A stretch of DNA of 64,000 bases from Azolla caroliniana (taxonomy: Eukaryota > Plantae > Polypodiophyta), in NCBI GenBank assembly GCA_043228905.1, contig JBHGNT010000010.1:6014001-6078000 (forward strand), read 5' to 3'. Under the pieces are notes generated by a model. It saw only the letters and a program-made list of their open reading frames with translations, made no database searches and was not told the DNA's origin. The translations under genes were made by a program, and so were the position numbers. This document shows, piece after piece, positions 1-13,673 of this stretch; position 1 is the stretch's first letter, and each line of letters opens with the position of its first letter.

Positions 1-340
1 AGGAGAAACAAAACCGTTTACAAAAAAATTAGAACCAAACTGAACCAGTTTATCAAAAATCAAAACCAAACCAGTTTATCATACATCCAAACCAAACCAA
101 ACCAAATTGTTTTTTACATAAGCCAACCATTGACAAATACGGAACTATAAATTGAACCAAACCAAATATTAGAACATCATAAAATAAATAGAAATTTACA
201 ACATGTTTTCCAAAATTACTAATTTATGGAAAATGATAAGATATAACATAAACAGATAAATGTGTTTTGGAGTGATAACAAAAATCCATATAATAGAGTT
301 CAAACTTCAAATCCATATAATGCAAGAACAACAATCCATA

Positions 341-1873
341 AATACATTGCGGGGTCCCCGAGATCTATTTATGGGCTGATGATAAGACAAAAAACAGGTT
401 TCAAATGGGCCAATTTAATCAATGCCCAAGGGAATACATTAGCAAATTGGAAGAGATTTCTACGTAATGATGTGGGCACTCAAAAGGCTAGAATATGGAG
501 GATAAACAGGGGTAAATGCATGCTAATGAGGATTACAGATGCCTTTGCACGCAACGGGCAAATCTTGGAAGATGCAGCCATAAGCCCCTCTGAAATGGAA
601 TGGACAGGACTTATCGATGCTGAAAATTATATAATCGGAATTAAGGGAATGAAAGCCAGCTCTAATGAGGCATGCTACTACAAAATAGAGCATAGAAGGG
701 TAATATGTGAGCAACCAACCTATCAAACTGAAAGGCCAATTAGGTTGCTTGCAAAAAATGGAAAGGCTATGATAGTTGACGCCGAACCGTGTGAGCTCTA
801 ACCAACGACAATGTGTTGGCCGATAGAAGGGCATTCAAATCAGCTATCATGGGATCCCACGATGTATTTCTAGAAAACTCAAGGTCCAAGTGATGGTGCC
901 AAGTTGGTGCAAATTTTCAAGTACAACACGAAAATCGGGAGGCAAATTATCCTAAAACAAGAACACCAAGATATTGCAGCTCGTAAATTTTGGATACAAG
1001 AGGGCATTAGTGAAAGGAGATTAGCTAAATTCTGGAAAATGATATGGCATGACATCGGTGACCGCAAGATAATGATGTGCTTATGGCTTATTGTGCATAG
1101 AGCCTTGCCAGTAGGGGTGTGGGCTAAAGGCCCCAATGTAGACCCAAGATGTAGTGCATGTGGACAACTAGAAAGAATTTCCCATTGTCTTTGGGAATGT
1201 CATGAGGCTACGGTAGTATGGAGAAGGGCATTACGATTGCTTTGCTATGCCTCTAGCTCATTTACCCTCAATTGGGGACATGCTTGTTGGAATTGTCTTG
1301 ATGATGACGTAGAGAAATTTGATAGCACATGTACAACTATATACAGAGGGGAGAATGGAACTATTCGAGTGATCGCTGGTAACAGTGCACCTAGAAGTAA
1401 TGCCCAGAAGCAAAAAATTGTAGATCTATGGATGTTGCTAGCACCCATTATCATATGGAACATTTGGAGCGCAAGATATACCAGGGTATTTTCAGCAAAC
1501 AAATGGCCTCCAGCAAAATCTATTAAGCTAATATGGCACATGCTAATAACTACATTGAGGGCCCAATATGAGCAGATTGATGCTTCAGATTTAATGAGGC
1601 TGAAATTCAGAAAACGATGGTGTACTACACCGATGGCTACAGAAATTGGAGTGGATATACGATGGCAATACGTAGTACCAAGATGGTTGTTCCCCCCTCC
1701 CATTAGATGATAGTGGGGCGTGAATGACACGACAAACATGGAGAACAAACATGTGGGCTATTTAGTGTAAGATAAATAAGTGATGTAGTCCATATGGAAG
1801 TAGGTAATGTCTAAAGTTGTGTATTGTATGTCATTTTAACTAATGGAGTATATTCTTCTTTAAAATAAAAAAA
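341..1873 (+). mobile_element. 5'-truncated L1-type LINE (ORF2 3' part with zf-RVT), poly(A) tail, 14-bp TSD
   Basis: ORFs 262..801 and 904..1710 carry the zf-RVT-like motif CSACGQLERISHCLWEC and IIWNIWSAR. A-rich tail at 1862-1875. Direct repeat AACAACAATCCATA at 327-340 and 1874-1887. Confidence 0.85.
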
Positions 1874-2994
1874 AACAACAATCCATATAATAGAGTTCAT
1901 ACTTCAAATGAAGTATTTCCAAATCCATAGGACCATATATGTAAACGAATGTTCCTCTTTCTATTTCCAATGTTTGAATAAGGGATTCCTGAATGTATAA
2001 AATACGTAAAAGAATTAAGTAATTAGTAATAAATTTTTTAAAGAATCAAATAAAAAACAAAATAGTAAAAAGTATGTAGTAAAAGTTACAATGACTTTTA
2101 GAACCTCCAATTGCAACCACCATTTTCATTAACTTGTCAAGAATCAACACGATTCATGTACATATAAAATACGTAAAACAAGTAATTAGTAATAAAAATA
2201 ATTTAAGTAAAGACAAATAACCAAGTAACAAAGTATGCACACCTTAATTTTCCTTGACTATCATGTAATATGTAATCTATTAACTCGGCTTTCGCAACAA
2301 GATCATCCAAATTCATTGTTAGTTCTTCATAAGTGGTGTAAAAATTATCTGTCAACTGAACATTAGATTCTTTTAAAACATCCATCCATGATCGAATACA
2401 CATTTCAGCTTTGAAAGTGCATGAATGTAGTTTGATCCTATTATCAAAGGTCATTTTTGTTGTTGAATTGGCCTCTTCAGCAGGAACTGATGATGCTGGC
2501 ATAGTGAGGTAATCACATGCCATCCTATATAGTTGTGGCATTGCAGATTTATTATCATTCCACCATTGTAAAGGATCCTTGTCCGTGCTAGTCGAAGATA
2601 ATCTTATAAAGTGCTCAATTTCTGACCATGAATCAGATACAAGACTTTTATTATTTACACCCATTAACCTCCAAATTTTAGAGTTATTATCGTTTTGATG
2701 TATTGTGGTTGAAGCCAAAGGTGGTTCGACATCACTCGAGAACAAGTGATAATGGGACTCAATCATGCTTTCAACCAACTTAATATCTAACTCTCTTTCT
2801 GTATGATTATTTGGAAGAGGCAATCTGTATAACAAATAAAAAGGTTTTAAACTCAAATAAAAAATCAGAAATCATGATGACAATTGTAAGACATAAAGGT
2901 AAGCATTACTTGGGTTAAAGAAACTTTGCTATGCGAGATGGAATATACGTGCGTAATTAAATGCGATTCTTGATACTTAATTAAATATTGTAAG

Positions 2995-3785
2995 CATAGA
3001 TTGACACATGCGTGATATTTGTCATATTCTCCATGCTAATATTCGCAAAATTCAAGAATATGAAATGGCCCCAAGCATATTATAAAGCCATTTATTTTAT
3101 AAAATAAATATATAAAATATTAATTAATTCATTTTTTATTTAAATAAATTTAATTCACTAAAAAAAGAACAATCATTCATTAATAGATTATAAACAGATG
3201 ATTAGTATTAACTCTCCTTTATAGTGTCAAATAAAAAATGGGGAAGTTTATGAACCTTTATTTTAATTAATTAATTTTAAAAAGAACGAATATTTGTATA
3301 TTTATTATAGAAATATGATTAGTGTGAAATCCAATTTTTAATGTCAAAATAAAAATATCCTTAATTTTTGACAGAATAAAAAGTGAGGAATTAATGAACC
3401 TTTATTTTATTTTATTTATTTATTAAAAATAAAACGAATACTTTTATATTTATTATAAAAATTCGCGTATGTCCAATTTGGCGGACATACGTGACATTCA
3501 TTTGGATTTATTTTTTCCTTTTGGTTTTTTTTCTAATATTCATAATTTGTTGCGAACAGAAGTGATGTATGACACACACACACACACACCCTCTCTCTCT
3601 CACACAAGAATTGACATATCTTCTCTCTCTACAAAATCCAATACACACACTCAAGGACTGACAGAGCTTCTCTCTCCCTCACACAGACAAAACCCTTAGC
3701 TCCTCTCTCTTTATGTCTCTAGACATACACTCAATCACTGTCTCCTCACACATGCAAAACATGGCTTCTCTCTCTAGACCACACA

Positions 3786-3826
<41 letters not shown>

Positions 3827-6800
3827 TCACGTGGAGGAGGGGAAAGCACAATTGATTATCTAATAGGACGCCTTGAAGCTACCCACATGATTAACTCCTT
3901 TTGGGTGGCCTCGTGCCCTATTGGCGCAGACCATAGTTTCTTATACTTCGAGCTAAAATGTGATATCTCTAAGGTCACCAACTCTAGTAAACCACGTCAT
4001 CACACCACAATACATTTCACACATGAGCTCTCTAACATATACTCTCAACATGTTCATGCCCATCTCTCCTCCCTTGATCCCTCCCTACCTTTAGAAAGCC
4101 TTAGTATGAAACTCACACACATCCTTCACTCCGCAACAACTAGTAGTTTCCCATATACATAACACTCAAATCAAGGTAGATCAGGATCTATGCCACAAAA
4201 TAAATGGTATGATGAGGATTGTAGGGACTTACATAGACAACTTACAGTATCACAACTCAATGGTAGTATTACCTCAATACAAGCTCGCAAAGAAATGTGC
4301 AGAGATGACACGTTGTAAGAGACGGGCGTGGGAGGCATCCCAATATTGGGAACTCTACCATATGCTCATGAGTAGCGATTGCGCCACGTCATGGAAGAAA
4401 CCACGGGAGCCAAGACCACAAACACCCATCAAAGATCCCGAAACCTGGCACACATATACAAAGAGACTTTACCAAATCCCAAACCAACCACCCATCCCAA
4501 TGCCTTCCACACCCCGACCTACCACGGGGACACTTTTCACGACCTCGAGGGTCGCGAAGGTCATAAAGAAATTACAACATAGGAAGTCCATGGACCACAC
4601 AAGATTGCGAGCAAATCACATTATATATGCGAGAGAGTGCCTAGCTCCCTTGCTAACTCTAATCTTCAATTGTGCCCTTGCGGAGGGTTTTCCACCACAG
4701 TGGACTATGAACATAGTGGCCCCCATAAATAAAAGGGGGGACCCCATGGACCCAAATACATATAGGACCATTATGATAGGTCATACCCTTGCTAAATTAT
4801 ATGGTGCAATAATGGAAGCAGAGCTTAGCGATTATATGGAGACCCTAAATCTTCGTGCACCTGAACAAGCTGGCTTTAGACGAGCCTTCTCCACCATTGA
4901 TTATATCTTCACACTTAGATGCTTAATTGACCAAACTAAGGCTCACAAGAAGAAATTATATTGTTGTTTTGTGAACTTCCGCAAGGCCTTTGACACAGTC
5001 CCTAGAGAGCGATTGTTTGATAGGCTTAAAAGCTTGAGGATACCAGATGACATGGTCTGGGCCATCTACGCACTATATGAACAAGTGTCCGGGTGTGTCT
5101 GATGCCCAGGTGGCCTATCCAATTGTTTCACTAGCACTATTGGTGTAAAACAAGGTTGCCCCTTATCACTGACAGGATCTACATTAACGAGATCACAGAT
5201 TTTATTACTCGTAAGGGAGGCAACAGAGTAGTCCTTGGGGATACGTAGGTTCGTATCTTGCTCTATGCGGATGACATAGTTTTGCTCTCTGAATCCGAAC
5301 ACGACCTACAAAGGCATCTTAATGCCTTAGATGACTTTTGTGCACAACAAGGATTGGTAGTAAATCTAGGGAAAACTAAAGTCCTTATCTTCCACACATC
5401 GACCCAAGTTAGAGCTAAGTGTCACCTAACTATCTCCCATAGCCCAATTGAGGTGGTTGGATCATACATCTATCTTGGAGTCACTTTCAGTGCTCGCTCA
5501 GGTAAATTTTCGATGACACAGGCAGCGAAGGATAGACTTACTAGAGGACATGCATCCCTCTCACTCATAGAGAGACAATGCCACCAAACATACTTTCAAG
5601 AGCCACAGACTAAAGGGTGGCTCTTTGACTCATTAGTGACCACCTCCCTCATGTATGCATCAACGGTTTGGGCTCCAAGATTACCATCTTTCATGTGGAC
5701 GCAATTAGAGAGACCATTGGTGATTATGTTATCACACCAACTCCGAAGCAAATCGACAGTACCACATGACATTATTAGGGCTGAGTTCACGTTACCCCCA
5801 ATGTTAGTAGAGGCACTTTTCCAACTTGTAGTCTTTCTTCATAGGATACATAGCCAACCACATGATATAATATCTCATCAAGCCTTTAAGGCCTCTCGAT
5901 CATTGTATGAGTCTGGCTATACTAGCTCATGGTATGGCATGATGGTGAGTTGGCTTCTTGTGAATGGTCTAGACATTAATAACCTACCTCCCCTTAGGTA
6001 CAACCACACAATTGATAACACTTTAATCTCTCATGAGGACCGCAATAAAGTAATACGCTAAGACATATGGCAAATTTACACTCGGTATAAATGGATCACC
6101 CCACGAGAGCCACTCCCATCTAAAATGTTGTACTATAAGGAACACTTCATGCACTTCTCTAAGTTAGGTTTTATCACGCGACCAAAATATCTAGATGTAT
6201 TCTTATCACACGCACTAAGGGTTGCCATTGGACAACTTAGAATATCATCTCACCAACTTGAGATTGAGAATGGTCGTACTAATAGAGTCCCTAGGGAGGA
6301 AAGGATATGTAGGTTATGTCACATAGAGATAGAGGATGAGTATCACTTTACATGCAAGTGCCCAATCTACGCCGAGATAAGGGCAAAATACCAAGACATA
6401 CTTGGTTCTTCTCCCACCGTCCCCAAACTATTAGATACTCTAGGTATAAAGAAATTAGGCAAATACATTCTAGAGCTAAAACAACAGAGAGAGAATAAGT
6501 TACAAAATGTTGATAATAATGTTGCTAATGTTCACCAACATGTAACAAATGAAGTTTTTCAGGAACAGGGGGAGCCAACAAATGTTGACACACTTGCACC
6601 ACTTGGCCTTTCCCTTGATGAGGCAAAAAACCAAAGAAGAACCAGACGTCCTCGGGTGTCGAGTTTTCAAAGCAACTCGACGTGGTGTGGAAGCAATAAT
6701 GAAAATAAGGGAACGTGAGCTACACCGCCTAGAAGCCATGGCTAGGGCACTCTCTACATTGGAACCACGGGTCACACCCACATCAAAACCCTTTGACCCC

Positions 6801-7357
6801 CCACTTCTTTTTGAGAGGGTCGGGTGGAAATAAAATTAGGATTAGTGTAAAGTCACTTCCTTTATCGAGTATACCACGTATTGTACACTGCTAGAACTCT
6901 TTTAACTTAAGTTCTATGTTTACTTTATTTTATTTTAGTTATGACGACTGGATAAATGCTCATTTTGTTGTAAACCAATTGTCTCATGGGCCAAATTTGG
7001 CCTTAAAAGACGTTAATATATCTTTCTTTCTTTCTCACACACACACAAACAGACTATGTAGTATGTACACTGTATGTATATATGATTATATCTATGTACC
7101 GCGTATGGATTTTAACCATACTCGAAGCCTTTTCACATATGAGTATGATACGAATATTGGCGTATGAGTATGGCACAAATAGCACGTATGGCTAGAACTA
7201 TGGTGTCAAGTCCCTCTTTTAATGTCCCTTTTTATACTTCCTCTTTTAATGTCCCTTTTTATTGTCAAGGTTAAATGAATACTTGACCATGCATTTGTAT
7301 GTGTATTCGTTTGCATTCGAATGGGAAACCCCATGAATGCGAATATGTCAATCTATG
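2995..7357. mobile_element. Non-autonomous hAT-superfamily TIR element with 8-bp TSD, hosting a nested LINE
   Basis: TIR CATAGATTGACA (2995-3006) and its reverse complement TGTCAATCTATG (7346-7357). Perfect 8-bp direct repeat ATTGTAAG at 2987-2994 and 7358-7365. Confidence 0.9.
3823..7035 (+). mobile_element. RTE-X/RTE-like LINE (family A), 5'-truncated within the endonuclease, frameshifted
   Basis: EN end (STIDYL, GADH) and RT motifs (NTYRTI, EQAGFRR, KAFDTV, GVKQGCP, LYADD). C-terminal HQLEIENGR-CRLC-EDEYHF-CP domain. The 3' tail ends in (CTTT)n and the element starts at the (TC)n tract 3788-3821. Confidence 0.88.
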
Positions 7358-7499
7358 ATTGTAAGTAGTTCTCAGACACTCTTTGAAGAACCTCTTGTGT
7401 GAATCTAGATGATCCTAGAAGTGAAGAATCTAAAAATTGGTTACAATGATTTAGTAAACAATTATACACTAGCGATGTTAGTGATAATGTGGGATATCT

Positions 7500-8170
7500 T
7501 CATGAGGGGATGAGGAAACATTTTTCACTTTTTTTTGTTATTTGCACAGGACCTATCGGAGATAGCGAGATGGTGGATGGGGACATGAGGAAGCTAGTTT
7601 TCTATTTTTGTGATTAGGATGAGTGATGTTGGTGTGGGGGCTGAAGCAAATCATTATGAGAAGGTGAGGAAAATTTTTTTGGCTATCAGTACAAGATCGT
7701 GGTAATTGGTGTGATGGCAAGAGGGTCAACGAGAGGCTCTAGATATGGGCTGAGTTAAGAAGATATTATGCTTCTCATAGGTTGTGGGATGATGACAATG
7801 GGGTTTGAAGCATGTTTGTCACGACGAGCGGATGAGTGGTGTTGGTGTGAGGGTTGAAGAAGATCATGAGGGGATGTGGAATCATTTTTCACTTATTTTG
7901 TTGTTATTTGCACAGGACATTGGTGGTATTCGACAAGATGGTTGATGTGGACTGAATGAAGCAATTTGTCTGTTTTTAGGAGTGTCGATGGTGGGGGAGA
8001 CTGAAGCAAATCATGAGGGGATGAGAATCACACTAGAATCATTTTGTTGTTATGTGAACAAGACATTGGTAGTAAGCGGCGAGATGGTTGATGCGGACCG
8101 AATGAAGCATAATTTTGTTTACTGTTAAGGTTGAGTGAAGATGGTGTGGGGATCGAAGCAGATGGTGTGA
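7500..8170. repeat. Degenerate ~150-180 bp tandem repeat (about 4 units)
   Basis: Recurring motifs catgaggggatg, ttgttatttgcacaggac, gagatggttgatg and tgaagcaaatcat at ~7501, 7640, 7865 and 8010. Confidence 0.6.
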
Positions 8171-8683
8171 GGTGAGGAGGGCATAGTTCATCTTCGTTTA
8201 TAGGGAGATTAATTACAAGTACATTTTCAATTTTCGTGGAGATGAAGGGCATGGTCGTTTTCATATGGGAGATGATAGATGGGGACTATCCAAGGCAACC
8301 CGTCACCTTTTAACCCAAGCGTCAGGTGCATCATGGACTACTTTTGTGTCTTCATCTGTTGTGTACCAAACATTTGTCCAATAGCATCACCTAGTGGACA
8401 TCCAAGTGATGGTGAACAACTTTAGTATATGCATAACCAAATGCAAACATGGAGTTTTTAGACTACTAGCCATGGTGGACAACCATGGTATGTTGTCTAG
8501 GATTACTACCAAGATATGTAAAGATATGTATTCTCTTGGACCACAAGAATTTGTTTATATGTTGAGAATGGGTCTTGTTGGCAAAGGTTGAGAGAGTTTT
8601 CATGGATATAAATAGCCTTATCTTGCCAAATGCCATCGTTTATATTTGGTCCTTTTTATGATAGTTACTTGTGGTGTGGAAAT

Positions 8684-9066
8684 TGTTAATCCTTAGGGCC
8701 AGACAATGGCCTAACACAGGGTGTCTACGGAAGACACTTCACCAAAGGGGTGTTACGGCAAGATAACTTAAGACACAACGATTAATCCGACTTAATTGGC
8801 TACTTAGCAATATGGCATTCACTTAATACACGCGTAAGATATAACAATTAATACAAAACGGTAATCAATACGTGAAGATAAAACAAGAAGCTTATATTAA
8901 TTCTCCGTTAAAGTTTTACATTGTAACCGGGCCTTTATATAGGTCACCGGTGTTGCGTACAAAACGGTGCCAACCGGCACCTGTTCGGAACCGGTCCGAA
9001 TCCGGATCGGCATACTGATTTCGGTCTGTCCGTTCACTACTTAATTAAAATAGATTCCGAATAACA
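8684..9066 (-). repeat. 3' LTR of the Gypsy element
   Basis: TGTTA/TAACA termini, adjacent PPT, TATA-like ctatataaa on minus. Homologous (reverse complement) to solo LTR 39139-39557. Confidence 0.85.
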
Positions 9067-12000
9067 ATCCCTTTCACATTCTGGTCTTTAACTCCTTTGT
9101 CGGCCGGGTAACACATGGCACACCCGTGGGACAGTACCTTGTACGTCGAATCCCATTATCCGGCCCTTAGCCTTCGTCCAAAATATCCAGAATACTCTGC
9201 TCTAGGGTATCCAATGGTTCTTCGGAACTCTGTTGTTGCTGTTGTTGTTGTGATTGTTGTTGTGGTTGTTGTTGCTGCTGTTGTGGTGGCTCCGGCTCCT
9301 CCGACTGTTGCTCCTTAGATGGCATCTGTTCGGTTCCCGGTATCGGCGGTTGTGGTGGTGATTCCTCTGTTAACTACTCTGACGGATTTGACTCCGGTTG
9401 ACTCGTCACGGCCTTGTCTCCGTCCGGTCCTTGCTCCGGTGATGGCTCCTCATCACTGAGGTTGACGGTCGCCGCCTGCTTTGCTTCTTCTCTCCGTAGC
9501 CTGGTCCACTCATAACTTTCAAACTGGATTTGAGCATCTAGTCGATCATCGTCTAGTTGTGCTACCAGTTGTCGGACCACTACTGACTATTCCTCCGCCA
9601 GAGTTACAAAATCTTTGGCTAACTCATCTCTTATGGCAGTGAAGTCCTCCCTTGTAGCAGTCATCGCCATCCTTCTGCCGGTTTTCTGCGTCCGCCCTTA
9701 GCAACTGGAGCTCGGTTGTGTGTTTTGCCCATTTGTCCCACCATTGCGCGGAGCTTTCGTCAATCAAGCGTTTTGTCTTGTTCCTCCATGCCTAAACGAT
9801 GAACTGGATCCTCTCCAATCCCATCTTTGATTTGTCCTCCGCGGCTTGCCATTCGTCCTTCAATTGCTTGATCAGCACCATTGTAGCTGCCTCCTGCTCC
9901 CGGTAATGTGACAATTGGTTTTGATAGGTGTTCTGCAACCTCTGCAATACCATTGTCGCTCTTTCCTTCCCTTCATAATGCTACTTATGGAGCTCCATAC
10001 GTTCTTGCGCGGCTTCCTCCAGCAGCGTGGTTCTTTTAGCCCGTTCCTCCGCTAGCGCCGTCTCAGCTTGATGCACCTCCTGCCGGAGCTCTGCCATCTT
10101 CTCTTGCTATTTCTTATGCTCCGTATCCAGGTGCTTGTAGTCCCGGTGCAGGTCAAAATCATCGGTCTTTTGCTTCAGCTTTTGGTTGAGTTGCCGGCGA
10201 GCACGGTCTTCCCGATCCTTCTGTTGACGGAGTTCTTCTTTAAGTCTTTCGATCTCTGTTTCCGCCATCCGGCACAGCTTCTCCTTTTCTTGCAACGCCT
10301 TCTCTTTCTCCTCCTTCAGCTGGTCATATGCCTGATGTCCTTTCCGCAGATTCTCTTATGCCCGGCGGAGGTTCTCAGCAGTCTTTCTTTGCTCTTCTTC
10401 TACCGCTTTCTTCAAGTCCCACTCTCGGGTGCGTAATGCTTCCTGTGCAGCCAGTTCATCTCTCAATTCAGCAAGCTCTTTTGCTTGCGCCGCCACTATC
10501 TCCGGGACTGGTTCCGTCTCCGGGGTCTTATTGCTATGTACAGGTGCCGGTGTTTCCAGGATTGCTTTTACTTTGTCCAAATCCACTGCGATACCATCCT
10601 TGCTCACTATGTGGCCCAGTAACGCTCCGCTAGTTACTCCGAACACGTATTTTGCCAGGTTAAGGCTTAGTCGGTAAACCCTACATTTCTCCAAACATAG
10701 TCAGAGGTGTTGAAGGTGATCCCCTTCCAGACTATAAACAGGGAAGTCGTCCAAGAACACCTGCATGAACGCCGGAATGAATTCTCCGAAAATCTCCATG
10801 ATGATCCGTTGGAAGGTTGTCGGCGCCGTTTTTAGTCCGAATATCATCACTACGGCAACAAAGACTCCCCATTCGGTGACAAAAGCGGTTTTCTCCTGGT
10901 CGGCGGGGTGCATCCAGATCTAATTATAGCCACTGAAACCATCCAGAAAACTGTACACCTCATGACCGGCGACCGCATCCAGGACTCCATCCGTGAATGG
11001 AAGTGGGAAGGCGTCTATTACCATAACCACATTCAATTTCCGGTAGTCGATGCACACTCTTATCTTACCGTTCTTTTTGGGTACTACGACTATCGAACTG
11101 AGCCATGTGGCTTTCTTTACCGGTCGGATGAAGCCCACTCTTAGTAACTTGTCGATTTCTTCTTTGACTTTTGTTGCGTAATTCGGGTTCATCTGGTAAC
11201 GTCGTTGGGCTACCGGTTTGGCGTCTTTACTCAGATGTATCTGGTGTTGATACAACTGAGGATCAAGTCCCCACATGTCCTCGTAGGACCAGGCGAACAC
11301 ATCGCGAAATTCTTTTAGGAGTGTGATCATTGCCGTTTTGTTCTCCAGGGTCATTTCCTTGGCAATGTGCATCGGTCTTGTGTCCTCTGTGGTACCTAGG
11401 TTCACCTCTTCTAGTTGGGATGCTTTCACGCGCTACGACACTGCCATTTCTCTTTCCAGTGCCTCCTGTGCTTGCCGTAATTCCCGAATTACTTCTTTAT
11501 CCGGTTCCTCGTCGGTCCCGTCCGGTTGCAGTATGTACGGTGATACTGTTTCGGCTACATCAATCTCGAACAAAGGTACAATCTTCGGATTTTCCTGTAA
11601 GTATTGATCGACCTCTTCATCCGCCAATCCTTCCAGCATGTTGACACATTCCGCATATAGCGGCGTCGATTCCTTTCTGGTACTGGACCGTGGTTGAGTC
11701 GGTACTCGTACTTTCGCTTTTCCACGCCGGAACGTAATTATATTCTTCCTCCAATTTTGCTTGATGTGTGTTGTTTTTAACCAAGGGCATCCCAACAATA
11801 GTGGGTAAGCTCCCTGAGCCTGTAGTTGGAGAACTACTGCGGAAATGCGAAATGTATGACCCCCGATGGTCACTTCCAGATCACGTATTAACCCGGTCGA
11901 CCGTACTGAGCTTGTGTCCGCCATCCGAAGCCAAAACGGGCACGGTTCCCAATCATGGATTCCTAGAGTGTTACACGTTTGGAGGCTAATCACGTTCACG

Positions 12001-12540
12001 CCGGATCCTCCATCGATAATCGTGCTCGGTAGCTCATTTCCTTTCACGATGGTTGTGATTGCCGGATTGCTCGTGTCCACCAATGCCGGTCCTTCCTCCG
12101 GATTTGAAAAGAATGCCGGAGCCGGTGGTGTGTCGGCTGCCGTCCTTCCTGTCTTCAATCCTTCCATGAAGCGTGGTACAAGTTGCAATAGCCGACCTAA
12201 TGGCAGCGTTATTTGGCATTCTTGTAACGCCTACCATGTTGGGTTTTCGGGCTGCCCCGGGCCGGTGAGCTCTTCGGCATTCTCCTTTTGTTGTTCGAGC
12301 TCTGCGGCATTCTGCTCATTTGCCTTCTTCACCCATTCGGTTGCCTGCTTCCGGATGGCTTCTTGAGTTTCCCACTATGTGGCTTTGCCTTTTGATCTTG
12401 TAGTGACTTGTTGTATGTCCGCGACTTCCGCGTCTACCATGTTCACCGTTGGTCGCTTGTCATAGCTCTTCGCCGGACATTGATTACTATAGTGGGCTTC
12501 TTGCCGGCAATAATAGTAGTACGGCTTCCGGGTGTTGCTA
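8684..12540 (-). mobile_element. Ty3/Gypsy LTR retrotransposon remnant (protease, RT, internal deletion, extra coiled-coil ORF, 3' LTR)
   Basis: Protease IIDGGSGVNVIS (11433..12188). RT motifs RVCIDYRKLN, FLDGFSGYN, FGLKTAP and VFLDD (10550-11429). PPT tgaaagggat (minus) adjoins the LTR 8684-9066, which has TGTTA...TAACA ends. Confidence 0.88.
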
Positions 12541-12567
12541 GATTCAGCGTGTGTGCTTGGTGGAGGT

Positions 12568-12925
12568 TGTTGAGAATCAAGCTCAACTTGGTCTAGTGTG
12601 TGAACTCACCTTGAGAGTGAATAGACACTCCAACGGTCAAGAGTCACCATTAAGTCACCTCTTTGTATTCTAGCATTTAGTATGAGTCATAGAATCATAT
12701 TCTATGACACATAACTTATGAGCTTTCACATTCCCCATGCTCCATGAGCCTTGTAGTTAATAAAGAGAGAGGGTGACTATATAAAGCACCCTCCTCCCAC
12801 CTTGTATTGAGTTGAGTCTTTCTCCTTTGTGAATATATTTACCTTGCGTATACTCCTTGTCTCTCTCACTCACTCTCTCTCTCTCTCTCATACACACACA
12901 TAGTTCACACCTATTCCGCTTAACA
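12568..12925 (+). repeat. Probable LTR of a different family
   Basis: TGTTG...TAACA ends, internal ctatataaa TATA, purine-rich ggtggagg immediately 5'. No matching TSD found. Confidence 0.5.
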
Positions 12926-13673
12926 AGAATCCATCTCTTGATTTTTTACATGTACTTTGTGTACATACAATGTGCTACAATAGCACTATTTATACAAGTC
13001 CTTAAAATGATTGACAGAAGTACAACGTACTTCAATATTCCTACGTGCGACTGACACTAACTACGAGACAATGATTACCTAGTAGTCTAGGCTACTACTA
13101 GGCATCCGGTTCGCACTCGAATCCGGCTCTTCGATCCGGCTGGTTGTTTCCAGATACCATCCGGATACCGATCCAAATCCGGTTGAGCTTGCCGCTCAAT
13201 AGTGTGCATTGGTGCACACACCCATTCGCATGCACTTGGTTCCGTTTCTCTTTATGGCTGGAATCCTTCACGACATCGGTCTTAGCGAATCCCTCATGCA
13301 CCAATAGATTGACCCGTTCACCATAGTTCCCGCTATCAAATCCACTACTTGCTCTGATGCGATTCCAACAGTCGATTCACCTCCGCCCATGTTGCCCGCT
13401 TCAAGCCCTATGCCACCCCAATCCTTCTAGCACTCGTCTTTTCCCCATGTCGTAAAACTCCTTGTTTCTCTCAAGGAGGAAATGTGGTGTCCCTTTGATG
13501 CAAGTGCATTCCTTCATGTTGTTGTTGTGGTGTACATGCGTTCCTTTGTGCAACCCTTTTAACACGAATGTAGTTAAGCCAACCCAAATGGGTACCTTTG
13601 TATCTACTATAAATTGAGCAAGAAGTAAGAAGCTAAACAAGGTGGTTTTGATTCTCTTTATGTGCATTTCACA

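Larger units (their letters stand above)
2203..7500 (-). mobile_element. Degenerate hAT transposase gene, interrupted by insertion 2995-7357
   Basis: ORF 2203..2856 has the hAT C-terminal dimerisation motifs (DPLQWW, LYRMACDYLTMPASSVPAE). Removing 2995-7357 plus one TSD joins 7366-7498 (YPTLSLTSLVYNCLLNHC...) in frame to 2994-2910. The AAACC-rich tract at 1-170 resembles a hAT subterminal region. Confidence 0.8.

Noticed and set aside
1245-1748. Antisense ORFs over TE coding regions (also 10068-10677, 11323-12366, 44745-45029, 54737-55021)
   Set aside because: Shadow frames of LINE, Gypsy and Copia ORFs.
7500-8170. Repeat array considered as CRISPR-like
   Set aside because: Eukaryotic context; the units are degenerate along their whole length, with no constant repeat plus unique spacers.
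13098-13330. GC-richer segment with short ORFs, possibly Gypsy-related
   Set aside because: No motif or LTR match could be established.
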